From Candidatus Bathyarchaeota archaeon (GTDB lineage Archaea; Thermoproteota; Bathyarchaeia; Bathyarchaeales; Bathyarchaeaceae), in the NCBI GenBank assembly GCA_050123155.1, contig JASFHP010000008.1, forward strand, positions 15,186-79,185: a stretch of DNA of 64,000 nucleotides. Reading direction: 5' to 3'. Shown in pieces: positions 28,484 to 38,695 of the stretch. Every line of letters begins with the position of its first letter. The stretch's first letter is position 1. The translations under genes and the position numbers were made by a program. Under the pieces are notes generated by a model. That model saw nothing but the letters and a program-made list of their open reading frames with translations, had not been told where the DNA came from and did no database searches.

Positions 28484-30415
28484 TCAGATTGTGAGTATCC
28501 TGAATGCTATGCCGCCTACAAGCAGGGCGAACGCGATTTCGAAAGTGGTGATTAGCAATGCTTTTTTCCATCCGAACTCCTTAACCAAGGCGCCTATAGT
28601 GGCTACGCAGGGGATGTACAGCATAACCACCAACGTGAAGACTATCATCTGAACCGGAGTCATAACCTGAGCAAAATTTGTGGTTCCGAAGAGAGTTGCA
28701 AGCATAATCAAAGTTAACTCTTTCCTCAGCACACCGAAAATCAGCGCTATCCCCGTGACTGCCGGCAAACCCAGCCAAGCAACAGTTACAGGACTAAGTA
28801 TGCCCTCGATTGGCGCTAGCAAGTTTACAACCTCTACAAGTTTGATTACGAGGCTGCCTGCGATTATGAGGGGAAACGCCATCACTATGAATTCTCGTAG
28901 CCTGAACCATGTTTGCTTAGCAACCGTTTTCATGTGGGGTACCCTGTAGTCGCTCATCTCCATTATCAGCTCGGTTGGCTCACCGGGCAATGCTTTGAAG
29001 GCTATTCTTCCAAGCACAAAGATGATGATCAGGTTGATGATGTAAAGAGCCAGTGCCCACTCGATGCCTACAAATGCTCCAACCAATCCAAGGATGATGA
29101 CTGATGTTGCGGCGCAGGGGACAAGAGTGACAACAAAGGCGGTTAGCAGTCGTTCTCTTGTGGTCTCCATTATTCTGCATCCTAGGCACCCTGGAACGTT
29201 GCAGCCGAAGCTCAGCATGACCGGAATGAAGGCTTTTCCGTGCAAACCCATCTTGTGCATTATGTTATCCATCAGAAAGGCAACTCGGCTTAGATACCCT
29301 GAATCTTCGAACAGATACAAGATGAAGTAGAACGGAAGAATATATGGCAACGCAACTGTGATGCCGCCGACAATTCCCTCCATAACCCCTCCCCAAACCA
29401 GTTCTCCAACGATTCCTGTCCCTAGAACGCTATCGAAAGCTGGCTTCAAACCAAAAAACCAGTCACCCAAGAGAGCAGACGTGAAGTCTCCGAAACTGAA
29501 TATCGCAACAAAAACTGCTAGAACCGCCGCTAACATAATTGGGAAACCAAAAATTCTGTGGGTTGTCACTCTGTGCAATCTTTCTCTCAGAGGAGGCTTC
29601 AAGGGTTCCGTTATCTTCTGGATTTCGGACGCGATTTTGCCTGCAACATTGTACCTCTCACAGCTAACAACAGTTGGACAAGAGTGACCGTGAAGCTCCT
29701 CAAGTTCTTCCCTAAACCTTTCTGCAGTTGCCACAATCTCGGGGCTTACTTCAAGAACCTCTTTCTCAACCTCTTCGTCTTCATCCAGAAGTTTTATTGC
29801 AACCCATCTAGCCGGATACCTCAACTGAATTTTGTCAAGAAGTATGATGAGGTCTTCAATTCTTTCCTCGATTTCTTTTCCGTATCGTGGCTTCAGTGGC
29901 TTCATTTTCGTTTTTTTCTCGATAACTTCGATTGCCTTTTCCAGCATACGGTAGATGCCCTTTCCGCTCACCGCAACTGTCGGAACAACCGGCACCCCTA
30001 GAAGCTTCTCTGCCTTCTCATAATCAATCATAATTCCCTTTTTCTTAGCCATGTCCACTTGGTTTGCGGCTATGAGCATGGGGGTTTCCAGTTCAAGAAG
30101 CTGCAGCGTGAAGAAAAAGTTTCTTTCGAGAAGCGAAGCGTCTACAACGTTTATCACCAAATCAGGCTTTTCAGTGGCGATGTACTCCCTTGAAACCAGC
30201 TCCTCTATGGAGAATGTTGAGAGAGAATAGATTCCTGGCAGATCGATTATGTCTATGGTGTAACCCTTGAAGTGGAGGGTTCCCTCGGCTTTCTCAACTG
30301 TTTTTCCTGGCCAGTTTCCAATGTGCTGGTGCAAGCCTGTAAGCTGGTTGAATATAACTGATTTTCCTACGTTAGCGTTTCCTGCCAACGCAATTCTAAA
30401 ATGCTTGTTGCTCAT
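28484..30415 (-). CDS. feoB: Ferrous iron transporter B
   Basis: GNANVGKS, GNWPGKTVE, DLPGIYSL, FGCNVP, YIPCVAT. Confidence 0.95.
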   Translation of the reverse strand: MSNKHFRIALAGNANVGKSVIFNQLTGLHQHIGNWPGKTVEKAEGTLHFKGYTIDIIDLPGIYSLSTFSIEELVSREYIATEKPDLVINVVDASLLERNFFFTLQLLELETPMLIAANQVDMAKKKGIMIDYEKAEKLLGVPVVPTVAVSGKGIYRMLEKAIEVIEKKTKMKPLKPRYGKEIEERIEDLIILLDKIQLRYPARWVAIKLLDEDEEVEKEVLEVSPEIVATAERFREELEELHGHSCPTVVSCERYNVAGKIASEIQKITEPLKPPLRERLHRVTTHRIFGFPIMLAAVLAVFVAIFSFGDFTSALLGDWFFGLKPAFDSVLGTGIVGELVWGGVMEGIVGGITVALPYILPFYFILYLFEDSGYLSRVAFLMDNIMHKMGLHGKAFIPVMLSFGCNVPGCLGCRIMETTRERLLTAFVVTLVPCAATSVIILGLVGAFVGIEWALALYIINLIIIFVLGRIAFKALPGEPTELIMEMSDYRVPHMKTVAKQTWFRLREFIVMAFPLIIAGSLVIKLVEVVNLLAPIEGILSPVTVAWLGLPAVTGIALIFGVLRKELTLIMLATLFGTTNFAQVMTPVQMIVFTLVVMLYIPCVATIGALVKEFGWKKALLITTFEIAFALLVGGIAFRILTI

Positions 30416-30711
30416 CGTTCGACATCTACCAGAATTCTGCTAGCCATTCCTCTGCCTATAGCCAACCTTGAACCCCTAACAGAAACTTCTAAGGGTCCAT
30501 TGAAAGGTGCTGACTTTACCACAGTTACCTTGGTGCCTGGAGTTAGACCTAAGTCGCTGAGTCTTTTGGCGAAACGAGCGACCCTGAAATGCTTTCTCCA
30601 ACGTCCTCTTCTCGCTTTATGTTCGCACATTCCTTTTGGTTCTGAACTGAAATCTGTAGAGGTTATGACCCCGGTTTCGCCGTTCTTCAACGAAGTTAAT
30701 GGCAGATTCAT
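30412..30711 (-). CDS. feoA: FeoA domain protein with a basic loop insertion
   Basis: RLSDLGLTPG, APFNGP, RGSRLAIGRGMA. Confidence 0.9.
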   Translation of the reverse strand: MNLPLTSLKNGETGVITSTDFSSEPKGMCEHKARRGRWRKHFRVARFAKRLSDLGLTPGTKVTVVKSAPFNGPLEVSVRGSRLAIGRGMASRILVDVER

Positions 30712-31397
30712 CAGTTCTTCACTTCTCCATTCTTCTTAACGTAGATTATCGATGCCAAGTCAGGGTCAATTGTGCAGCTTTCTCCCTCAACAATGATTAC
30801 TAAAGAACCGTTAGAAACTGTCTTATCTTCAACTTGCACCCGCTTTCCAAGTGTCAGATTCAGTCTAGTAAGCTGTTGCAGCGTCTCAGTTTTCTCTTCA
30901 GTTACCTTGACGATAACGCCACCCGTTTTGGCGCCGAGTTCGCTTAGAGCCATGTTTTCTTCTTCAAAGATTTCTCCACAACTTGTCGGTATCGGCTTTC
31001 CGTGAGGGCATCTTTTTGGATGTCCTAAGGCTTTTTCTAAGGGCTTAAGAATTTCGGGAGAGAGGGCGTGTTCTAGTTTGCAGGCTTGGTCGTGAACTTC
31101 GCTCCAATCCAAGTGTAAAATGTCTGTTAGCAGTCGTTCTGCGAGGCGGTGTCTCCTCAGTACGCTTGAGGCGATTTTTCGTCCATTCTCAGTTAATTTT
31201 ACTCCTTTGTAGGGTTGGTGAGTAACGAGTCCTTTCTTCTTCAGGTTCTCTATTGTGTTTGTAACCGAGCCCGGAACAACGTTCAAGTTTTTGGCAAGTT
31301 CCATGGTTCTGGCGAAGCCTCCCTTCTGCTCTAAACGGTAGATTGCCTCAAGGTATTCCTCGGCTTGGGGAGTGACTGCTGTTTCTTTGGTGCTCAT
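30711..31397 (-). CDS. DtxR/MntR-family metal-dependent repressor with a C-terminal FeoA-like domain
   Basis: EEYLEAIY, RRHRLAERLL, ACKLEH, CPHGKPIP. Confidence 0.92.
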   Translation of the reverse strand: MSTKETAVTPQAEEYLEAIYRLEQKGGFARTMELAKNLNVVPGSVTNTIENLKKKGLVTHQPYKGVKLTENGRKIASSVLRRHRLAERLLTDILHLDWSEVHDQACKLEHALSPEILKPLEKALGHPKRCPHGKPIPTSCGEIFEEENMALSELGAKTGGVIVKVTEEKTETLQQLTRLNLTLGKRVQVEDKTVSNGSLVIIVEGESCTIDPDLASIIYVKKNGEVKN

Positions 31398-31412
31398 GAG
31401 TTAACCTGCCTG

Positions 31413-31434
31413 AAATTACGACCTCTCGTAGTTT
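31413..31434. promoter_or_regulatory. Inverted repeat, candidate operator of the DtxR-feoAB operon
   Basis: AAATTACGA-CCTC-TCGTAGTTT (8/9 paired), lying between a minus-strand TATA-like TATTAAAA (31432-31439) and the start codon. Confidence 0.4.
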
Positions 31435-31594
31435 TAATACAAGTGACATCATCACAGATAAACTTTACTCTTCAAACAACAATAAATCACCCAAACCCCA
31501 CTCACTCACCAAGCAAGCAGCGCCTCAACCAAGCTGAACGTTACTGCACAAGAAATTTGAGGTCAATAGCATTCGCGACATTTCAATTTTGACG

Positions 31595-32200
31595 TTACGA
31601 TTCTTCTGGCTTGAAGTGTTTCTGGAAGACATCTTGGATTTCTTCGGGTTTTTCCACTATAACGATGCCATCCATGGCGGCTAGCTTTTTGGTGTTTTCA
31701 ACGTCTTCTTTTCTCACCTGTATTTTCATTTTACTGCCGTCGGGAAGCTGCGTGACTGTCACTCCCTCCCTATAGTCGCAGGGCAGTATGTATACGGGTA
31801 TGAAGCTTTTCAGAGCCATTATTGTTGCGTTACATAGTAACGTGTCTGCTATTCCCGTTGCGAGCTTTGCCACCGTGTTTGCCGTTGTTGGAGCAATAAT
31901 CAAAAATTCGATTTTTCCGCTCTGCAACTGAACAGCAAGAGTGGGCACATTCGAGTTGACTTCAACCCTGACTTTGTCAAAGTTTTCCTCCAAATCTTTA
32001 GCTAAACCGTAAAAATGTATTACCTGATTTCCTGCCTGCGAAAGATACACTGTTATTCTGATTTCGTCTTGATACTGTTTTTTGATCTGTTTCATAGCCT
32101 CAATTGTTTCAATAAGCCGGTCTCCGCTGCCTGTGATTCCCCACGCAACCCTTTTCGCTTTTTTCTGTTTCTTTTCTGTTTCCGCAGTTACGGCAGCCAT
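31595..32200 (-). CDS. afpA: Archaeoflavoprotein AfpA
   Basis: VAWGITGSG, IAPTTANTVAKLATGIADTL, PVYILPCD. Confidence 0.88.
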   Translation of the reverse strand: MAAVTAETEKKQKKAKRVAWGITGSGDRLIETIEAMKQIKKQYQDEIRITVYLSQAGNQVIHFYGLAKDLEENFDKVRVEVNSNVPTLAVQLQSGKIEFLIIAPTTANTVAKLATGIADTLLCNATIMALKSFIPVYILPCDYREGVTVTQLPDGSKMKIQVRKEDVENTKKLAAMDGIVIVEKPEEIQDVFQKHFKPEES

Positions 32201-32211
32201 TTTTTATCACT

Positions 32212-32808
32212 TCAACTCTGCTCTTTTATTTCGATTCTGTTCAGGGCTTCGGTGAATCGTTTAACAGTCTTTTTCAAGCTTCTGAAGCCTTCCTCATCTT
32301 CTTTTACGCCTTCCAAGGTGTCTTTTGACCAGAAGGTTGCTCCCAGGTTTGCTCCGAATGGACCTCCGCTTACGGGTATGACGCCGTTTAGGATGTAGAA
32401 TGTGTGGATTTGCTGTAGTGCCAGTTCCTGTCCTCCAATTCTGTCTCCCCCAACTGCGATTGCCATACCTGTTTTGTGTTTGAAGACTTTGGGGTTTGCG
32501 GCTAACAGGGCTCTGCATCTGTCCAATATTGCCTTTGTTTGGGCGCTGACTCCCCCGTTGTAGACTGGAGTGGCGATTATTATTCCCTGAGCCTGCCTCA
32601 GTAGACTGTACAAGATTTTCATGTCATCATTTAGTATGCACTCTTTATTTTCTAGGCAGTGGTCGCAGTGGATGCAGGCTCCGATTTTTTTGTCTCTGAC
32701 TGTAAAAAACACCGAGTTGAAGCCCGCTGTTTCCAGCATGTTTAGGGCTTCTCTTAAAACGTGTTCTGTTGCACCTTTTCTAGGGCTACCGCATATGCCG
32801 ACAATCAT
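32212..32808 (-). CDS. Iron-sulfur flavoprotein (Isf/flavodoxin family)
   Basis: ICGSPRKG, CIHCDHC....C...DD, ATPVYNG, GGDRIGGQE. Confidence 0.88.
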   Translation of the reverse strand: MIVGICGSPRKGATEHVLREALNMLETAGFNSVFFTVRDKKIGACIHCDHCLENKECILNDDMKILYSLLRQAQGIIIATPVYNGGVSAQTKAILDRCRALLAANPKVFKHKTGMAIAVGGDRIGGQELALQQIHTFYILNGVIPVSGGPFGANLGATFWSKDTLEGVKEDEEGFRSLKKTVKRFTEALNRIEIKEQS

Positions 32809-32938
32809 GGTGAATCATCAAACTTCTATGTTCAACTAACTCAATAAATGTTACTAAGAAAAAGAAACGATGAACTGCAGGTTTGAAGATAAGTATAGAA
32901 GATTTTTGATTAGGACCAAGCACATTGCCTTTCATGAT

Positions 32939-34240
32939 TTATTGGTCGTCCCATGGTCCAGGCCATTCTGGGAAAGTATATGTTACGCCTTCTTGCTCTT
33001 TGACTTCCCTAGGATATACTGGAACTAGTGTTTCGTTGGCTTGCCACTGGAAACAGTATTGTGTGCCATATCCCTTTCCGAATATTATTTCATGGGAATC
33101 TGCTGATATTGCAAAGCGTGGGGTGGAGACTAATTCTAAGTCAACTTCTTCTAAGGCCTTAATTACGGCTTCGGTTTCAAGTGTTCCAGCTCTCTCCAAC
33201 GCATCAGGTAAAATGTAACGGATTACGTCATAGACAGCCATTGCCATGAAGGTAGGCGGTACACCCCATCTTTCTATATAAGCTTCACGCATTGGAAGCG
33301 TCTTGCTTGAAATAGGGTATCCTGAGTCTAGTGCGGTGGTAATTGCGGCTACATGTTCGCATTTTCCTTCTGTGGTCTCCCAAAAGTCAGGAGATGCTGC
33401 TTTTCCGAGTACTCCCCACATGACCATTGGTGACTGGCGTTCATACCAATCCTCAGTGAATGCGGTTCCTAACTCTCCTGATATAATAGGAATTAAAATT
33501 TCGGTCCCAGCCGCTTCAGCACCCGCAAAATAGCTTGAAAAATCTAGTGTGTCAGAAGGAACTCTTCTTCCGTATACAAGTTCAAAACCGTGAAGTTCAG
33601 CTAATGGCTCTATGGCGAATTCTATGAATGTGTCCCACATTTCGGCTTCCTCTACAATGTAAGCAACTTTGTTTAAGCCAGTGTATTCTCTAAGAGCGAC
33701 CACCGTGTCACGAGTACAAGCAGATAAGTCACCTTCACTTGGTGGACCGACTTTGAAGAAATACTTGTATTTCTCGTAATCATTTTGCACCTTCTCTGTT
33801 AGCACGTCACCAGGAGAATTACATCCAATGAAGATTTTTTTGTGTTGTGCAACAAGTTCCTGTATTATTTGATTATCTGTAACCGTCGCTCCTCCGGTCA
33901 TGAAATCCACTTCGTGATGAGTTAACAGCTTCGTCACAGCTAGACTTGCCTTGGTGGGGTCAAGCGGAGGAGTAAAAGCGTCAGTATCTTCGATAACTAG
34001 CTCAATCTGTTTTCCTAATATACCACCTTCAGCGTTGATTTGTTCGGCAGCTAATGTTGCTCCATTTACACTATCATCAAAACTGCCTATATCTGTACAT
34101 ATGCCTATCTTGATGGTTCCTGTGGATTGTGTGTCCCCATCCCAAAAAACGTAAATGGCAACTCCACCTAGTGCAGCAACAAGAATAACCACAATTAAAG
34201 CAACAGATTGGATTTTCGTTAATGCTTTAGAATCTAACAA
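32939..34240 (-). CDS. Orphan ABC substrate-binding protein (LivJ/branched-chain type)
   Basis: N-terminal TM anchor, AAEQINAEGGILGKQIEL..ED, ALERAGT. AGGAG precedes TTG 34240. Confidence 0.85.
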   Translation of the reverse strand: MLDSKALTKIQSVALIVVILVAALGGVAIYVFWDGDTQSTGTIKIGICTDIGSFDDSVNGATLAAEQINAEGGILGKQIELVIEDTDAFTPPLDPTKASLAVTKLLTHHEVDFMTGGATVTDNQIIQELVAQHKKIFIGCNSPGDVLTEKVQNDYEKYKYFFKVGPPSEGDLSACTRDTVVALREYTGLNKVAYIVEEAEMWDTFIEFAIEPLAELHGFELVYGRRVPSDTLDFSSYFAGAEAAGTEILIPIISGELGTAFTEDWYERQSPMVMWGVLGKAASPDFWETTEGKCEHVAAITTALDSGYPISSKTLPMREAYIERWGVPPTFMAMAVYDVIRYILPDALERAGTLETEAVIKALEEVDLELVSTPRFAISADSHEIIFGKGYGTQYCFQWQANETLVPVYPREVKEQEGVTYTFPEWPGPWDDQ

Positions 34241-34423
34241 AGCAACTCCTCGATTGCTATCAATTGAATAGTGAAATAATATAACATTTTCGTAAAACAT
34301 TTGCTGGATTTGGGGATTGAAATTTAACCTTGATTGGAAGGAAATTTGCAGATATTGCAATTAATGTTGTTAACCGCTCAAAAGGGCAACACCTAAAAGC
34401 AAGAGGCAACCGAACTAGCCCAT

Positions 34424-35275
34424 ATGAAAAAGAAGAAAGTTGCACTTATAGCAGTAGTTTGTGGTGTCGCCATTTTTGGCATAAAGCTCGTGGCCTATTT
34501 TGTTTCGAATTCTGTGGCTCTGCTTTCTGACGCCCTCGAATCTATCGTTAACATAGCGGCTTCAGGGCTGATGCTTTTCTCGGTTTGCGTTTCAGAAAGA
34601 GCCCCAGACAGCAGCCACAAGTATGGGCACGAAAAAATCGAGGACATATCAAGCCTCATGGAGGGCATCTTCGTACTCATAGCCGCACTTTTCATTATCT
34701 ACGCCGCGGCGGGGCGCCTCTTCGAACCCACTGAACTGTTTGAACTCGATGTTGCCATTGGAATCTCGGTGTTAGCTACTGCCCTAAACGCGGGGCTATC
34801 TTTGCTGTTAATCAAAACTGCTAAGAGTTGTGGCTCAATGGCTCTTGAGGGCGACGCGAAGCACCTGTTCTCTGACGTAGTCTCAACTGTGGGTGTGTGG
34901 ATAGGACTGATTGTTGCCCAATTAACTGGTTGGAGCTTCTTGGATTCTATTCTAGCCTTTGTGGTCGCAGCTTTGATTGTAAGAGTGGGTGCCAAACTTG
35001 TTCTGAAGTCTTCAAATCGCCTAATGGATCAATCGTGTATAGCAGAAGAGAAGAAGATAAATGAAATCCTTGGCAGACATTCCTTCAAGTTTATAGACTT
35101 CCACGATCTGAAAACCCGCCGACACGGGAACCAAGTTTTTGCGGAACTGCATCTCTCAGTTGACGGTTCCCTGAGCGTTAAGGAGGCTCATGATCTCACG
35201 GATCATCTGGAAGAGGAATTGAAAGAAGAGCAGCCAAACATACACCTAACAATTCACGTTGAGCCTCCAGAATAA
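34424..35275 (+). CDS. Cation diffusion facilitator (FieF-like)
   Basis: SVALLSDALES, HKYGHEKIE, DAKHLFSD, EAHDL, IHVEP. Confidence 0.92.
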   Translation: MKKKKVALIAVVCGVAIFGIKLVAYFVSNSVALLSDALESIVNIAASGLMLFSVCVSERAPDSSHKYGHEKIEDISSLMEGIFVLIAALFIIYAAAGRLFEPTELFELDVAIGISVLATALNAGLSLLLIKTAKSCGSMALEGDAKHLFSDVVSTVGVWIGLIVAQLTGWSFLDSILAFVVAALIVRVGAKLVLKSSNRLMDQSCIAEEKKINEILGRHSFKFIDFHDLKTRRHGNQVFAELHLSVDGSLSVKEAHDLTDHLEEELKEEQPNIHLTIHVEPPE

Positions 35276-35380
35276 CATGGTAAGAAAAACCGTTTCATTT
35301 CTTGGAACGCTTTTTTCATGATATCCCTTATCTTCCACGAATGTATGATATATTGCTATAGTGGATGTGAGGTGAAGAAA

Positions 35381-36139
35381 ATGACTGACACAAAAAGAGG
35401 TGCTTTCGGCTTCGCAGTTCTGTCTCTTCTGATGCTGCTGACTTTTTCCGCTTTTGTTTCTGTCCAAGCAAACGGACAAACCGTTGGAGGCAGCACTCCG
35501 CCAGATATGCCCCCTGATGCTTCGCAATACAATCGGACCGACACCACACCATCTGGATACATGGAAACGGTGCAAGCGATGGAGATGAACGTCTTCTTCT
35601 ACAGAAATGTTACCTTAATGATGAACTGCACCAGGAATTGTGAAATGAATGTAACCATAGATTCACAAGTCAGAAACAGGATTGTCTCCGTTACTGTTGA
35701 TCCTAACAGAACAATGACGCTGACCATGAACGTTAGCGCTTCACCGCCCCAAGGCGAAGCAGTGATGGAACGTACCTTAAACTTCTACATGGGACTGGAA
35801 CCAAACGCTACATTCCAACTGCAAGCCCAGTTGAGATTGCTTATCAACCAGACCGAACTCAGTGCTGAACTTGGCAGAGAAGTCAACGCTTCGAGGCTAA
35901 CATGGATGTACTGGAACCGAACTCAGGCGCAGTGGGTTCCAGTTGAAAGCTACATGGACCAAAACGGCTACCTAGTCTGCAACACAGATCACTTCTCAAC
36001 CTGGGCTATCGCTGAGGTTGGATCACCAGATGAAGTGCCCGAAAACATACACACATACACAGTAATAGGCTTGGTAGTAACCGTAACTCTTGCCACAGTA
36101 TTGTGGAACCGAAAGAAGCAAAATCAGCAGAGCCAATGA
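35381..36139 (+). CDS. Secreted, C-terminally anchored surface glycoprotein with an HFS motif
   Basis: Signal peptide (..VQA), many NxT/S sequons, CNTDHFSTWAI, then VPE + TM + RKK tail. Confidence 0.75.
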   Translation: MTDTKRGAFGFAVLSLLMLLTFSAFVSVQANGQTVGGSTPPDMPPDASQYNRTDTTPSGYMETVQAMEMNVFFYRNVTLMMNCTRNCEMNVTIDSQVRNRIVSVTVDPNRTMTLTMNVSASPPQGEAVMERTLNFYMGLEPNATFQLQAQLRLLINQTELSAELGREVNASRLTWMYWNRTQAQWVPVESYMDQNGYLVCNTDHFSTWAIAEVGSPDEVPENIHTYTVIGLVVTVTLATVLWNRKKQNQQSQ

Positions 36140-36192
36140 GCTGTCGGAGTCATCTCCAACAAACTCCCTTTCTCTTTTTAACTCGTCTTCTT

Positions 36193-36765
36193 TTACCATC
36201 GTGAGATGTTTGCCAGTGTCTTTTTGCTGACCGCCTCAGCGACCTGTTTTCCAGCCAATTTTTCTGCCAGTTTAAGGGCAAACGGAAGCGCTGTTGCGGG
36301 TCCTCTGCTTGTTATGATGTTGCCGTCAACCACAACAATGTCATGTTTGGGTTTACCTCTGCCCGCCTCCAATTCTTCGTCCATTCCCGGATAAATCGTG
36401 CAGGCTTTCCCTTCAAGAATGCCCGCGTCCGAGAGAACTGTGGGACCTGCACAGATTGCGGCTACTATTTTGTTGGAGTTGAACGCCTTTTTGACCATAG
36501 CTATCACTCGTGGGTCCTTTCTGAGGTTCTTGTAGCCCGGATTCCCTCCCGGAACCACAACTGCATCAAAATCTTCTACTTTCACATCATCGATGGATTT
36601 GTCTGGAACAACTTTAACTCCATGTTTGCCTTCGGTCACGTTTGGTGTCAAGCCAGCAACTGTTACGTCTACGCCGGCTCTTCTGAGGATGTCCACAACT
36701 GTTAATGTTTCGATTTCTTCGAATCCTGTGGCAAGAAAAACTAATGCTTTAGCCATACATAACAC
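36193..36765 (-). CDS. DJ-1/PfpI family (YajL-like) protein
   Basis: GFEEIE, VPGG, AAICAGP, ITSRGPATA. Confidence 0.92.
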   Translation of the reverse strand: MLCMAKALVFLATGFEEIETLTVVDILRRAGVDVTVAGLTPNVTEGKHGVKVVPDKSIDDVKVEDFDAVVVPGGNPGYKNLRKDPRVIAMVKKAFNSNKIVAAICAGPTVLSDAGILEGKACTIYPGMDEELEAGRGKPKHDIVVVDGNIITSRGPATALPFALKLAEKLAGKQVAEAVSKKTLANISRW

Positions 36766-36767
36766 CT

Positions 36768-37505
36768 CTATTGCTCTAGTTCTTTGACTAGCTTCACTAT
36801 CTGTTCTATCACGTACTCGTTTATTTTTTGTCCCTTCTCAGCAGACGCTATTGTCGGGTCGCCCATAACTCCACTCGGAAAGTATCGCTCTGGGTCTGGG
36901 ACAACCTCAAATCTGGGCAAATCTGGATAGTTCCGTGTTCCTTTCCCCCTTATCAGGTCTGAGCGGATAGCCATCGTTCTTGAGGTTTCGATGGTGCCCG
37001 CGTGGGAATCTCGGTCATCAAAGTCTTTACCTCTGAGGTCAAAGGCGAAGTCATAATCTGAGCAGACCATAATTCTAGGTCTATTCTCCTCGTTCATGTG
37101 GTTGCTCACAACCGTTTTGGCTGCAAGCTTAAGCGCCGTCATGTGTGAGCCGCCTGCGTGACCTGTTATGATCAGCAATCTCTTGAAGCCGTTGCGGATG
37201 AAGTCTTCCAGAATGTCAGTCATTATGCTCCGCAGCGAATCAAAGGTTATTGTGATTGTGCCCGGAAAGTTTCTTGTAGAACTGCAGAGACCATACCGGA
37301 GGGGCGGCGCAACCAAGCAGCCTGTTTTCTGGGCAACACCCAAAGCCACATACTCTGCCTGAATGCTGTCTGTGCAGAGCGGCAGATGAGTTCCATGCTC
37401 TTCTATGCTTCCGCACGGGATAATCACAACTTTTCCTTCTTCAGCCGCCTTTTCCGCTTCAGGCATGCTCAACTCGTCAAACCAGTATGTTTGTTTTTCA
37501 CTCAA
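36768..37505 (-). CDS. Creatininase-family amidohydrolase
   Basis: GSIEEHGTHLPLCTD, GHAGG, HAGTIETS, SGVMGDP..ASAEKG. Confidence 0.9.
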   Translation of the reverse strand: MSEKQTYWFDELSMPEAEKAAEEGKVVIIPCGSIEEHGTHLPLCTDSIQAEYVALGVAQKTGCLVAPPLRYGLCSSTRNFPGTITITFDSLRSIMTDILEDFIRNGFKRLLIITGHAGGSHMTALKLAAKTVVSNHMNEENRPRIMVCSDYDFAFDLRGKDFDDRDSHAGTIETSRTMAIRSDLIRGKGTRNYPDLPRFEVVPDPERYFPSGVMGDPTIASAEKGQKINEYVIEQIVKLVKELEQ

Positions 37506-37556
37506 ATTCGATACCTCTTCTTTCTTTTGTCTGTCACAGAAGCTACGTACACTATC

Positions 37557-38615
37557 TCACTCTTTGATTACCTTTAAGGTTTGTTCGTAGTAGCGGGGAC
37601 CATAACTTAGGGTGATCTGATGGAATGCATCGGTGTCAGTCACTACTTTTTCGAGGTTTCCTTCAACCAGTACCCTTTCACCCTGTTTCGCTTGCATCCT
37701 AAACTCTTCCATGTACGAGAATATGCGAGTGATATCATCAACTTCTGGTCCTTCCAGAATTTCTTTCATTTCAATCGGGTATATGGATGGGATAAACGGT
37801 GCATCTTTGTCGTCCGTTACCTCAGCAATTGCTTTAATCCAGCCTACATGAGATATCCGTGTGGATGGGCTGTATTCGTTGCAGATTTCTGTCCAGTCCT
37901 TCACTGGCTCAAACTCTGCCTTAACAACTCTCCCCGCATCCTCTGAATCAAAGTATGCGTAAATCATTTTTCTCCGCTGATGCCAAACATACTCCTCCAG
38001 ACTGTAATTCAGGAACTTCCAATCTTTGGACTCGACAGCCTTCATGCTGTCAAACTCGTTCCGCAAACATGGGTCTTCCCTGTAAAGAGTCTCCAGCGCC
38101 TCGCAGAGCCTGTCCATGTTTTCTTTGCCGTAAACAATGAAGTCCAAGTCAGAAAAGTTGGGATGATAAAAACCGTGCAGAAGAGAGCCGAACACCCCAA
38201 AATCCTTTTCGTTCAACCCTGATTGAGATGAAACCCGCGAAAACAAATCCTGTAACGCCTTCAACAGAACATCATCAGGCTCTTCTGCAAGCACCTGCTG
38301 CAACCCAATGTCTGGTCTGCGGACTTCTGTTATGTCGTCTTCTTTTACGCCCACCAGACGCTTCTGCAAAGGCTCACAGAAGACTGTGTACTGAGGAAAC
38401 TTGTTTAGGATAAGCTTCATTCCCTCGTCTGCAAAGAATTTGTAGTAAACTGGTTCAGCTTCGCCTCTCCGTGCCCTAGAGTTAGTTGACCTGAAGACAG
38501 TTGGTGACGCATATTCTGGGTCACACACATAAGCGCCTGAAGGATGAATGTAACCGTAAACCCTGAAAATTATACCTTCACCTGTGAGTATAGCGTCACG
38601 GTCTCGGAGTTTCAT
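37557..38615 (-). CDS. Uncharacterised pol-beta-superfamily nucleotidyltransferase, paralog 1
   Basis: GVFGSLL...SDLDFIVYG, N-terminal RDRD...GYIHP, OB-like C-terminus. Confidence 0.82.
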   Translation of the reverse strand: MKLRDRDAILTGEGIIFRVYGYIHPSGAYVCDPEYASPTVFRSTNSRARRGEAEPVYYKFFADEGMKLILNKFPQYTVFCEPLQKRLVGVKEDDITEVRRPDIGLQQVLAEEPDDVLLKALQDLFSRVSSQSGLNEKDFGVFGSLLHGFYHPNFSDLDFIVYGKENMDRLCEALETLYREDPCLRNEFDSMKAVESKDWKFLNYSLEEYVWHQRRKMIYAYFDSEDAGRVVKAEFEPVKDWTEICNEYSPSTRISHVGWIKAIAEVTDDKDAPFIPSIYPIEMKEILEGPEVDDITRIFSYMEEFRMQAKQGERVLVEGNLEKVVTDTDAFHQITLSYGPRYYEQTLKVIKE

Positions 38616-38695
38616 AGTCTCAACATTTCTCTGTTGCTATATTACTGTTCCGAACTGCTACGAATTTCAGTGACAACTATACTAGTCTGCAGTTA

